Shown here piece after piece: positions 39,001 through 51,580 of a stretch of DNA of 64,000 bases (positions within the stretch are counted from its first letter, which is position 1; every line of letters starts with the position of its first letter). Source of the DNA: Enoplolaimus lenunculus (lineage: Eukaryota). The notes beneath the pieces are model-generated. The model ran no database searches, was not told the origin of the DNA, and saw only the letters and a program-made list of their open reading frames with translations. The stretch covers positions 434,001-498,000 of the forward strand of contig JASANG010000440.1 of assembly GCA_030248215.1 (NCBI GenBank), read 5' to 3'. Position numbers and translations under genes: made by a program.

Positions 39001-42000
39001 AAAAATTTATATCGGAACATCACTAGTAAACTGGAACAGGTCGTTAATCAGTAGAGATGTGTGTAGAGCGCAGTATTTAACATTGCATACGACTCATATT
39101 TAGATCCGGTTTTGTAAATTAACGCTCTGCTTGGATTTTATTACAGGTTTCTGTAATGGCAGTGAATAATGAAATTGGCGTACGACAGCCAATTGAAGAA
39201 ATCGGTCGCATTTGTCGTGCGCGTAAAATTCCTTTTCATACAGACGCAGCGCAAGCGGTTGGTAAAATCCCTGTTTCTGTCAAAGATTGGAACGTGGATT
39301 TAATGTCTATATCGGGTAAGTCGACTTGACTGCGTTCAATAGTAATTTGAAATAAAGGTGATTAACCACTTGTACACGCTGCGCTGTACAGATTAAAATA
39401 GAGTTGATACACCATTTGTGAAAATTTCAGGCGGCATACTAAATAAATTTATTTTTAAGCATATGTTTAGAGTAAGACTAGATTGTAACAAAATAAATAA
39501 GTGAAACGCGACCAGATGGACAGAATACGACTTCGTCGGTACTGGAGCGTGACGGAACCGGATATAGCATCTAAATTAGTGAACTTTTGATTTGATTTCT
39601 CAGTTCGCTTTGGTGTCATAAACTTAAACTTCTTGAATTTCCCGAGAATGTGTTCACTGTGAAATGTCCTTTCATTCCACGTGTAAAAAGCAGTTTAAAT
39701 AATTTGTTGTTTGTTTTCAGGTCATAAAATTTACGGTCCGAAAGGTGTCGGGGCACTGTATGTTTGCCGTAGGCCACGTGCTCGAGTAGAACCACAGATG
39801 TCTGGAGGTGGGCAAGAGCGTGGTCTAAGATCGGGTACTGTTCCTACCCCCTTGGTAGGTGTTGTTAATTATAAATTGACAGTGCTTCAGATGCTTTTTG
39901 AATGAAGGATTATTAGAGTTACAGGCAATCAAATTCAGTACTAAATTATTGGCTTGATTAATAAGCCTAAACCAGTCGTAGTGGGACTACATTTATTGAG
40001 CGAAGCTCGAACGCACGTAAGCAATTAAGCTAATATGCAAATTAGCTATTAGCTAACTATTCAATTATCGGTTTTGGATGTTTGTAAACTATTTATTCAA
40101 ATTCCTCGCACCCAAAAACCCTTCAGTAAACCCTAATAATTATTGAAATGATTTAAAAAGTCCTAGTTTTGTCTTGTCCATTAAGCTAATATGCAAATTA
40201 GCTATTAGCTAACTATTCAATTATCGGGTTTGGATGTTTGTAAACTATTCAGATTCTTCGCACCCAAAAACCTTCAGTAAACCCTAATAATTATTGAAAT
40301 AATTTAAAAAGTCCTAGTTTTGTCTTGTCCATTAAGCTAATATGCAAATTAGCTATTAGCTAACTATTCACTTATCGGGATTGGATGTTTGTAAACTATT
40401 TATTCAAATTCCTCGCACCAAAAAAACCTTTAGTGCTGAAATTAACCTTAATAATTAGTGAAAGATTGTAAAAAGTCCTAATTTAGGCTTATAAACTATG
40501 CTAATATGCAAATTATCTATTAGCTAACTGCTCAATTATCGGTTTTGGAGGTTTGTAAACAGTCTACGCAGATTCCTCGCACCCAAAAACCCTTTAATGC
40601 TAAAATTAGATTGCTTCTAACTGTAATAATTAGTGAAATATTGTGTAAAGTCCTAATTTAGGCTTAATTAATTATGCAAATTAGCCTGTAGCTAATAAAC
40701 GGCTTAAGATTTTAAAACCCCAAAGCGAGGTTAACACCCCAGTATAATTGGCTTTCAAACAAAAAAAGTTTATCAAAATCGGTTCAGCCGTTCCTGAGAT
40801 TCTTTTCAGACGGACGGACGGACATCCACTTTTCGACCCCCAAGTACAAAACATAAAACGCTTCGCGAAACTCCGAGCTTCGCTCGGAGTTTCGCTTTGC
40901 TCAATTAGGACTCGTTAAATTATTTCACTGATTATTAGGGTCACTGAAGAGTTTTTGGGCGCGAGCAAGCGGAATAAATAATTCTCTAAAAACATTCAAG
41001 GCCGATAATTAAATAGTTGGCTAATAGCTAATTTGCAATTAGCTTAATATGCTAAGCCTAAATTAGGACTTTTTAAATTATTTCACTGATTATTCGGGTT
41101 ACAAACAATCTAATTCAGTACTAAATGGTTTTCAGGCGCGAAAAACTGAATAAATTGTTTACAAACCTCCAAATCCAATAATTGAATAATTAGCTAATAG
41201 CTAATTTGCATATTAGCTCGATTAATAAGCCTAAATTAGGACTTGTTAAATTATTTCCCAAGGTGTGTGAGCTTCGCTCAATACATGTAGTTCTGCTACG
41301 ACTGGTTTGCATGCTGTTTTGCTATTTTGAGTTGAACCAATCACCCCAGATAACGAGAAATATTGAATTTGTGTATGTACCCGGAATTTTTTTGGCTGCG
41401 TTTATTTGCATTCTATATATACCAAAGCAACAGCTATGAGCGGTTCAAATCACTCTTTGTCTAACTTGATATGTTTGCAACATCTGGACGTTCAGCTCAA
41501 CAGCTAAAATGATTTATTTTAGTTCATTTTTGTGTTGACATCAGGGTGCAAAATGGAACCGATTTACACCGGAAGTAGAGTCGGAACTCGATTTGAATCA
41601 CAACTGTAATCGGATCGGAGTCACCCTGGTAGACATAGTAATGTTTTGTTGATAATTTTTTAGGTCGTGGGCCTTGGCGCAGCTGCGGAATTAGCCCGAG
41701 AAGAAATGTCGTACGATTTGCAACATGTAACCCGGTTGGCTGACAGGTTTTTGTCGAAACTTAACGCTGAACTTCCGGATGTTATTTTAAACGGCGATCC
41801 AAACTATCGATACCCTGGTTGCGTTAATGTATCCTTTGCGTATGTCGAAGGCGAAAGCCTTTTGATGGCTTTAAAGGTTTGGTTTTGTTACTTCTTGAGA
41901 TATACGTAGGCCGGTCAATGATTGAATAATTATGAGCAGGGCGACCCACTCCGAGGCTAAAGTCTCGGTCTCGCTTGTTTTCCAATCGTAACCGAAATCG

Positions 42001-42790
42001 ATTTGTTTGATTTGCCGAGACCAGAATCATGCTGTTTTTAAAACGTTTATTTATTTTTCTCACCGGTTTGTCTAAATTACGCTATACTTTTGTAATAGGA
42101 ATTTCTGTTAAACCTGTGGAAGCAATCTATTGTTAAATTATACTGTTATTCGTTCGGTTAGACTTATCATTGTTTTTGGTATATTTCTGAAGTTGAAAGG
42201 TGGTGTGATGTTGGTATAAATTCACATGTTTTGCTAACGTATTAAGAGAATTCCAGTTCCGGATCCAAAGGCGTGGCTTGACGAGTTTGAGTTTGCTTTA
42301 TTATGTTCCACACGGTAGTTTCTGTACTGGTTATATGCATTAATGTTGTTTGTAATGTGACTATGTTCCAGAAAATCTGCAATGCAGAAGGCATAAATTT
42401 TGAAAATTGTCTAAAAGTTGCGCTATATTAGGCGTGTGTGATGTGTGGCCGCCGATAGCACATTAAAGTATAGCGCAACTGTAATGTTGCGCCCGTAAAT
42501 GCAACACTGACCGTGTCACTTGTTTACAGGAAGTTGCATTGTCCAGTGGTAGCGCCTGTACGTCTGCTTCACTGGAACCGTCATACGTTTTACGGGCGAT
42601 CGGAGCTGATGAAGATTTAGCCCATTCTTCGATTCGGTTTGGAATTGGCCGGTTTACCACAGATGCCGAAATTGATTATACCGCAAAGAAGGTAATTGCC
42701 GAAGTCAACCGGTTACGTTCAATGAGTCCGCTGTGGGAAATGGTACAAGAAGGTGTCGATTTGAAAACGATTCAATGGTCGCAGCATTAG
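36018..42790 (+). CDS. NFS1: Mitochondrial cysteine desulfurase NFS1 (IscS), ~454 aa, 8 coding exons
   Basis: Exons 36018-36197, 36958-37092, 37460-37605, 38113-38239, 39147-39315, 39721-39854, 41664-41876 and 42530-42790 total 1365 nt. Motifs [47 protein letters not shown]-lysine [10 protein letters not shown], catalytic SSGSACTS and the C-terminal IQWSQH*. The N-terminus is basic and presequence-like. Confidence 0.97.
39969..41308. mobile_element. Foldback element with ~150-160-bp internal tandem repeats (Helentron/DINE-1-like features) in NFS1 intron 6
   Basis: About 40-bp TIRs (AAACCAGTCGTAGTGGGACTACATTTATTGAGCGAAGCTC / GAGCTTCGCTCAATACATGTAGTTCTGCTACGACTGGTTT). About 4 direct repeat units, a GGAC microsatellite, a central palindrome GCGAAACTCCGAGCTTCGCTCGGAGTTTCGC, then inverted repeat units. 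Confidence 0.75.
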
Positions 42791-43860
42791 GCCGGACCCT
42801 ACTTGGCAATTTGGTTGCCCCCGTGATATTTGTTTGACCCTTGATAATGGTTTGTGGACCCCGATATTCGTTTGACTTCTATATTTGTTTGACCCAACGC
42901 GACTGCTTATGTATCTTTGAGGCGAAAAATTGTATAGTGGACATCAATAGTGTTGTGCACTGCTTAAAATATTGTCGTAAATTTTTAAACTTGTTAGGCT
43001 CCCCTCAATCTATGTTTACGTCTTGAACGTGTCTTAGATTTCCTTAAATTTTCAAGCTTGTTAGGCTCAGTTCAACCTGTGTTTACGTCTTTAACGTGTC
43101 TTAGGTTTTAAAATTGGAAAATTTGGTCGAATGTATTGTATAACAGCGTCCGTGTCCATAATATTTTTTGTTCTGATAAACTTGTGTAAATGGTTTTTAA
43201 GTAAATTTTTATATTAACGCGTTTCATATACAGAATTTTTGTTAATGTCAAGGGCCATGCTAGTGCATATAGTTCGTCCGTCTGGAGTAGAGTCTGCATT
43301 GTCTAATGTTTTCAAACGAGCGAACTGAAGCAGAAGCAAAATCAAATTTCGTTCTCTAATAGGATCAGTTAAACGTAAATACTGCGTAATTTTGGAGCTA
43401 TTCGTTGCCCAGATAGTGTTTTCCCAAAACGCTTGTCTAAGCCATAACCATAAAATTGTGCGAAACGTGTCGAACCGCTCAGCCATTGTTATTCTGCAAA
43501 GTACCAACCCATTCCTTTTTAAGCTAGAGTCTACTATAGCGACCCGAATAATAAGGTTTCCATTTTGAGTCCCAATTAATAATAGTGTGTCTCCCTAGTA
43601 ATAGTCCGTTCGTTTATATAGTTCATTCATAAAACATAAGGAGAAACATGGTGTAGATGCAATAATAATAAGTAACGTCTGTATCTGCAGAAGCAAAATA
43701 AATATGTTACCACTTCTTATTCGGCGGGTCGCTACAGTAGGCGTCTTCCCTGTACCGTGTCTAGTTTACCAGTGTAAAGTAGTGATGATAATCCAAAGCA
43801 TACAATAAAAGTCTTCGCTGAGAGAGCTATTTTAAAGGAGGACAGTAGTCGAAAATAATT

Positions 43861-46800
43861 ATGGAGAATAGTTGGATTTTTGAAAAACGCCAACTTAAGG
43901 AAACGCCGTCGAACATCGATGGAATCGATCCAGAAACTGAAGCGCGATATCGCCGAGAAGGCGCCCGGTTTATTATTGACGTTGGGACTCAAATGAAATT
44001 GTGAGTGCTTTATTTATTTTTGAATAGCAAAGTATAAACGGATAGTAAGAATAACGGAAATGGATAGTGATCAAAACAACAGAAGGCGGATATTTCGGCA
44101 TAAGAAATATCCGGTTTCACCGTGGTGAATAGGACTTTTCTAAACTTTCTGTTTTCATAATAATTGGTCTTATTGACAAAATGTATGGAATTTAACCTTG
44201 ATCGATCGAAAGTTCCAAGTTAATCCAGATGTACATCGATATTGTGTAGAGACTGAAGTTAGTTTTGGAATCTTTTGATGGTGGGAATTTGAATTTTGAA
44301 ATTTGTTGAAAAGGATTTACGAAAATTTCAAGATTGAACTGAGGTGGAACAATTGTTATGGATCGGTTGACATTGCGGTAACCGTAATGCCGTCCACTGG
44401 CCATCCTAGGATTATTTTCCGGGAATATGGGTGAAAAATCAGCCGTATATATCGAATTTTGGCAGACAGCATTGTCAACTTCCCTCCTTCCTCTGCTGGC
44501 CGTGTGACCGTCCCTGATAATGCCTTATATGATATAATACGTAAGTGTTTGTAAATCATTGTTTAAAGTTTGTACTTTGTACTTGTGTAGTTTATCTATT
44601 AATGCTAAAATAGCGTTTTTCTTTGACTTTATTTTGTTTTTGAGATTTTCTAGACGCTACGATACAATGGCAACTGGCGTTGTATACTACCATCGGTTCT
44701 TTATGTTTCACTCATTCAAAGATTTTTCACGATATGTAAGTGCTGTGTTTGTTTTATCAGAATTAGAATGCTGTTAGACAACAGTCCGCAACTGGCTGTG
44801 TTCTGTTTACGGGCTTCGGATTTCTGAATGGTTTAGTTTACTTTACAATGAGTATTTTGTGTTCAGGTTGTCGCTCTCGGTTGTTTGTTTCTGGCTGGCA
44901 AAGTTGAAGAAACGCCGAAGAAATGCAAAGATATGATTGCCGTTGCAAAAGAAATGCTCTCTGAACATCAGTTTTCAGCGTTTGGAGAAGATCCAAAGGT
45001 ACATGAGTAAAATTTGTTAGTAGCTTTAGAAATAGCGATATTTTGCACGAATAAGAAACTATATTTTTTTGTTATTTTACAGATAGGTATTGAGTGCCGT
45101 GCCAAAGTAAACGTGTTATTCAAACGGTAAATATGATTGCTTAGCGTTAATAACGCTCTTGCTCTTTGTGTTGTAACGTTTGAGAAGTTGCTATTTTCGT
45201 CACAGCTTAATGCAATATTGTGGTGCTGTTGTTTTTGTGTCAGGAAGAAGTCATAATGACAGAGCGTGTTTTGTTACAAACAATTAATTTTGATCTACAA
45301 GTCGACCATCCATACGAGTATTTGCTGCGTTATGCAAAAGTTCTCAAAGGTAATAATTTGCTAGCTTTGTGCATTATTGTAGCATCCGGGTTCGAGTATT
45401 CTGGTTGTTTCGGTATTATCAGAGCAAAATTCTGGGTCCGATATTGTATTTTGAAATGTTGCAAACTCTACTTTGGAACCAAGCCAATCGATTTAATATA
45501 TATCGTTATTTAGACAGCGCTAATACACGGCAGTCGCAACAACCACTCGATGCCTTTGATTATCAACTAGTTTACCTGTCCTAAGGCACCTGGAATGTAA
45601 AATGCAGCATTTATGCCAACGGGCTATATAGCACATCGCCCAACTTTGCGGGCAATGAACGTAATACATTTATTTTTAGGCGATAGACAGAAGCTTCAAA
45701 AATTGGTGCAGATGTCGTGGACCTTTGTTAATGATAGGTAATGCGGTTGATAACTGCAATTATGATTATTTCATTAAAATAGTTTGTTGTAGGGTTTCAA
45801 CCGGCTCAAAGATTAGTCGGAACCGGAATCGGAATTGCAATATTATAATTTTATTTATCTTTTTCATGCTTTGGCAGATTTTTTAAAATCATCCGCTTCT
45901 TTGATTGAATAATTTCAACCGCAAACCTGCTGTCGTATAAAATTTTTTCAATGCCAGTCATGTTAGGCAAAGGAAACATATTCTACAACCATCCTTTATC
46001 AACTTGATAAAGTACACATAAAGTAAAACTGATCACGACGTTTTGATAAATGCGCTATTCTACACAATCGAAAAATTTTGAACATACATTTTCGACTTTG
46101 CCGGAGTTTTAGCCGGAATAGCAATTTCATTGGAGTGCTGATTTGTTGGATTTGACTAAAGAAGACGTTGGTTCGAAGCTTGGAAGTAGCTTGGGTTCTA
46201 AACACATAGGTTCTTGGTTTACTGACTTGGGACAAGGTAGTTGCTATGCTTTTATGCGTTACAGACTAGTAACCCGTTATATTGGCAACACTTTTTGCTA
46301 ATCTTATCACTGCGCTTGTAACAATCTGTCTTGTAATGTTTTATTTCAGTCTTTGTACTCCGCTATGTTTACAATGGGAGCCAGAAATCATTGCCATTGC
46401 GCTGATGTATCTTGCAAGTCGGTTAAGCAAGTTTGAGGTATGTTAAGTTTTTTCGATTTCTAGACTATAATTCCAATCTGTTGTCGCGGCTGAATTAAAC
46501 TAAAATAATTTCGTTTGAATCTTATTTTAGTAATATTTTTATTTTCGGTGTCATTGGTTATTTTTCCAATATTTCTGCTGGGAACAGGGGTTATATACTC
46601 TAAGCGGTGAGACAAGATGAATTGATTATTGTTTTTCTGAGGTCGAATTTGTATGGCAAATAGAACATTATTTGAGAAGAAACTTTAGTTTTAACATTTA
46701 AACCGGCGACTTTAGGTTTTTCATTGTGTGTACTTAAAATAGAACTTTGTTTTAATTGTTGTGTAATGCTTTTGTTTGTGTTTATTTTTTACGTTTGTTC

Positions 46801-49016
46801 CCTTCACAGGTCGTTGACTGGTACAACAAAAAAGGATATCGAGGTGAAAAATGGTGGGATCAATTTGTGGACGATTTATCTATGGATTTGCTAGAAGGTA
46901 CAAATATTGATGGGGGCGAGAGGACAACCTCCGATCGAAATGTCCGTTTGTTAGGGCATTGTCTTGTTTAGTCATCGTTAGCGATTTGTAAATTCTATTT
47001 TGAGTCGAAAAAGTTTAGTTATTTGTGCGCCAGCCGCGGTCACACTAATATAAAAAAGTTAGATAATACTTTGAAATATTGTTTGTACAAATTGTGACCG
47101 GATGTTAACCCGATCCGCATAACTTTAAACGTTAATATTTCGTGCCCGACCTCAGTTCTGAATTTGTGACTTGAAAAAATATTGATTTATATAACAAGTT
47201 ATTTACAAATTTTTATTTTTTAAATATGAAAAAACATATTGCGGGACATTGTTAGATGCGATTTTTGGTTTTTACAACCGAATTCGATCCACTGATACCC
47301 TGAAACAGATCTTGGAATTTGCCGCATATTATGCCGGACCCAGGTGTCTAATCGTTCCCTGGGAGTGTGTTATGAGAAATAGCCCTGCAGGTAGTTGGTC
47401 TTACTGTAAATATTGTAATGTTTTTATTTTTCTGATTTGGACAAAAAGTTACAATGCCAATGTATTTTAGATATTTGTCACCAAGTGTTGGATTTGTATT
47501 CTTCGCGCAGTTCCGCAAAGGTAACCAGTGTATATTAATTTTCGTTCTATGGCCTCATTTTGATAAATATTTGATAAGACCAGGTTTTTTGTACTGGTTC
47601 CTTTCCCACTTGAATATTTTCTATTATTTTATTTCGCTTATACACGTTGCGCTGAGCTATATATGATATGCTGTATGCTTTGAATAGTATTGTTTATTAC
47701 CTTCAAAGTATGTGTACATCCAATGTGCTCTCCCATGTAACGGGAAACTTCAAATTTTTTCGGACTATTTGGACTTAGTGCACACAGTTACAAGATGGCG
47801 CTACTCTTGTCGTGCGGCGCAATCCATCGCAGTGCGGCATCGTACGAAAATTGTCATACACCATCGGTTGGTAATTCGCATTCGATAAAGCACGGTGACA
47901 TATTATTATGACGGACGTATTTTGCCGTTTGACACTAAAAGTTTGCAGTGAACAATTTCTAATGCTTCGGAAGACCCTTGTGCTCACAAATTACAAAACT
48001 AAATATAATGTTTTGTTGTTTATGTAGAAAGGAAGCGGTGGTTCTGCGAGTGCAGCTGGCAACAACTCAATGGGATTGTCAAATGTAACAGTCGGATCAG
48101 GTATGTAGCCATTATTTCTGATTTTAGCCGTGCTGAACTATGACCGTATTCTCAAATGTGTGTAGCACGTATCGTCAGTTGGTTATAGGTCTTGGAACTT
48201 TCAAATCACTGAACGGCTAAAGGTGGCCCTATACTCGTCGTGCGGTGCCGTCCGTCACCTTGCGTCACGGAGCCGTCTGTCAGCGTGTGTTATTGTACGC
48301 AAATTACACACGTATGATAGCGTATGGTGATGGAAGGTGACGGACAGCACCGGTACGGGTGATGCACGGTGACGGGCGGCGTCGCACGGGTGACGGACGA
48401 CGCTCTAAGGAATTCATTACAATTAGATTTTATTTACTCTATTTCGTACAAAATTTAAGATTTGCAATTGCAATAGATCGTTAGTTTGAAAACCTATTTC
48501 CAACTGGTGATCGATGCTACGCACTTGAGAATATGGTCCTAGTAATGCTAAAAAATATCGATTAAATTACGATTGAGATCGCTGCGCACTTTAGCAGTTC
48601 AAATCAGAGTGATTGCATTCTAGAAACGCTTAGTCACGATCAGAATTTGTAGTTGCGAGAGAAATCAGAGTCGCAAACGCAACCGCGCTTAAATTTAATT
48701 CTGTTTGTGGATGTGGATATTCTGCATTCATCTGTTTTAGGTTTATTTGAGAATAGGCGTACGCTTCAGCAAATTATCAATTTCTCTTGTTCACTTCGTT
48801 ACGCTGTTGCAGTGGTTGTTTTTTCGTAATTTTGGCTCTAGTGATTTGAAACGACAATTTTTGGTGTTTAAGGGCCGTAAATTCAGCAACATTACTTGGT
48901 AATATTTTGTTGTCATAAGATTTTTGATAACTTTGTACTGCGTTTTAGGAAGTTCTGCAACAATTCCGTATGTACCGAAAAGTGAAGCGTCTACACCTTC
49001 TGGCAGTACGAAATAG
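43861..49016 (+). CDS. CCNK: Cyclin K (CDK12/13 partner), ~294 aa, 10 coding exons
   Basis: Exons 43861-44000, 44654-44735, 44867-44998, 45244-45349, 45680-45737, 46350-46437, 46810-46897, 47471-47520, 48028-48100 and 48949-49016 total 885 nt. Motifs [87 protein letters not shown] and [10 protein letters not shown]. The last two exons are less certain. Confidence 0.95.
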
Positions 49017-49154
49017 CCGCATGGCGTGGAAAGGTGAACTCAAGATTTGAACATGGTTTGCTTATGAACGATTACGGGCTCGTGGTTGTGGCAGGTGGAC
49101 ACAAAGAACAAATTGATGCCTTTGGTATTTTGATGACGTGTCGAGGTGGCAGAA

Positions 49155-49552
49155 TAATAATGGGTCATCCACGTTACAATGAGCGCGCTAATGGGAAAAT
49201 TTGTCCAACCACCTGGTAGAGATCTGTGTACAAATCGAAGCTGCAACTAGGGTGTAGGTACATTTTTGTGCGGTACGTAGACACTATTAATTGTCCCGAC
49301 ACTGTCCGAAGGGGTCGGGACAACAAAAGTTAAAACTTAAGCAAAATCAATAAGTATATAATGTGTTTGTGTTGGTACGTATGTTTGCGATGCTATATGA
49401 ACACATTGCAATATGTCTTTACGTCCTCGTTAGGGACTTCCGGACATTATAGTGGTCTCGTAATAGAGTGTGTTAAAACGAGGTCGGGCCTTATTTAAAC
49501 CCAGACATTTTTTTGCAATAGCGCGTGCAGTATAACGTGAATGTTTCATAAG
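49155..49552. mobile_element. Dispersed TIR element downstream of the cyclin K stop; inverted second copy at about 54603-54950
   Basis: ATGGGTCATCCACGTTACAATGAGCGCGC ... GCGCGTGCAGTATAACGTGAATGTTTCAT; extensive reverse-complement match to 54603-54950. Confidence 0.7.
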
Positions 49553-51100
49553 TGACGAAATATTATGAAATTGATTCAGTTACAGGGGCGCATCAACGGA
49601 CGAAACAACGAGGGGTCACCAACCTGGCTAGTGAAGTGAGTTAGAACGATAACACAATTGTGGTATTAAATCTTGCTACAAAGTTTTTGGTTTTGAAATT
49701 TGTGCGGTAATGGACCAGGTGCATCCATTGATCTGCCCCTGTTAAATTATTTCATTAGGGCTCCTTCTGTTGCTTTTTAGAAACTTGTCAAGAAATTGGA
49801 AAGTTTGGTTACCAAAAACGTTTTTTGCTCTCGCATATTTTGTTTCTAATTCAAGAAAGTCGGTTTAAGATCATAGCGTAAGGATGGTTTAGTGTTACCG
49901 CAAAGTTGCAGGACGAACTGTGTGAAACGGTTACTTGTGAATTTGAATAGGATTCATTCCGTCTTTACTCATATTATTCATGTAGGAACGGTTCCAAGCT
50001 TATGGTATGGCTTAGGCTTGAATTTTCAGATTTTGTTTGTGACATGTTCTCTGCATGCGTTCTTAGGCACCGCTTTTGGCGGAAGCAGTCAAAAATGGTT
50101 GAAGTATTATGTATTACATATATTGAAAACTGCGATATTATATTATATATTTGTGTCCGAATAAACTAAAACAAACGTGTCAGTATTGAAGACGTGATAA
50201 ATTGTCAAGTACGAAAAGTCAGATTTCAATTTAGTTTTTACCGAGTAAAACCGAAAGATTACATATGTCAAAAATGAAACGCTATTTTGAACGCTTTTTA
50301 TATTTCAAACAACGTTCTGTCGACGTTTTTAGTTTAATAAGTTTTTCTAAACTCGAAAAGCGTTTTTATTTGTTTGGTGCACTTAGCTTTTTATTCTATT
50401 CTAAAGAAAAAATTCCGAGATTTCGTAAAAATATGCGTAACACCGAAAGTGTTAACAACACCTCACAGATGCATTTGCAAAAATAGCAAATTAAACATCA
50501 TTTTATCGGCCCATGTTACTTTAAGGAGCTATTATCAGGCAAATTGTGTGCGCCTCTGGCTCCGGTATATTTAACCTTCAATTGCATTCTGGCGCTGAAT
50601 ATTGTAGCAGTAAATTTTATTTAAAAAAATAACTCAAAAAGTGCGATACAAAATACGTATAATAAAAAATCAGTAGACAAGGAAAGTTGTTACATGTTAT
50701 GAAATGTTTACTATTTTAAAATTTAAAACCGACGCTTGTAGAAAGCAATCCAGCCACTTCTTGCATGAATATTTACTATTTCTTGGGACACCCATTTTCC
50801 AGCTAGGATTTGGACGATCTCACATGGAAGGCAATAAAAGTTTGGCGATCCAGCAAGATATATATACTACACATACACGTAATTGTTTAACACCGTGTAT
50901 TGAATATTTTATTGCACGTGTATGCTATGCAATTACCGTTGCTTATCTATATTAAAAGTGGAACGCCCAGTGTTCGCATTTCCGGCAGCTTTCCAACTTT
51001 TCTTTCCATGATTTGAAACACAATACAAAGGTCAGTATATTATATATGCCAATTTACGTAACTACGACTATATACCGATAAACAGGTGCGAACCGTTTAA

Positions 51101-51363
51101 CCCTTTCTCACATGAATATTTTCTATTTCCCCTGAGACCTACTTTTATGCTAGGATTCGAATTCCAGTGACTGGAGTGGGAGGCGTATACCGTCACCACT
51201 CAGCTGCTCGAGCTTGACGCTCGAGCCCGAGGGGGCTCTCACGTCTTGTGGTGATTTAGTACTACGTATACGTGTTGCAATTGTTAAACACGGTGCGATA
51301 TATACCATTTAACGTATATACACTGCGCTGAGTTGCCTACAGGCAACTCAATGTGAGAAGGGG
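51101..51363. mobile_element. piggyBac-like MITE, second (inverted) copy
   Basis: TTAA|CCCTTTCTCACAT...ATGTGAGAAGGGG|TTAA. The interior is a diverged reverse complement of 3461-3722. Confidence 0.7.
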
Positions 51364-51580
51364 TTAAAAGTTAATGAAAGCAAACTGACTCAAGCCTAGA
51401 TATGAAAACTAGTAGGGCTGCTACAAATGTTGCAACCATATGGTTAGTAGTAGTATATACAATTTGCTGGAAATGGTTATTGACTGCTGAAACTGTTTTC
51501 AGTGCATTATACAGCAAAAAAGAAGAAAAGCACATGGTTTCTCTAAAGTCAAATTCTATTTACAATTTCAACTGCAATCT

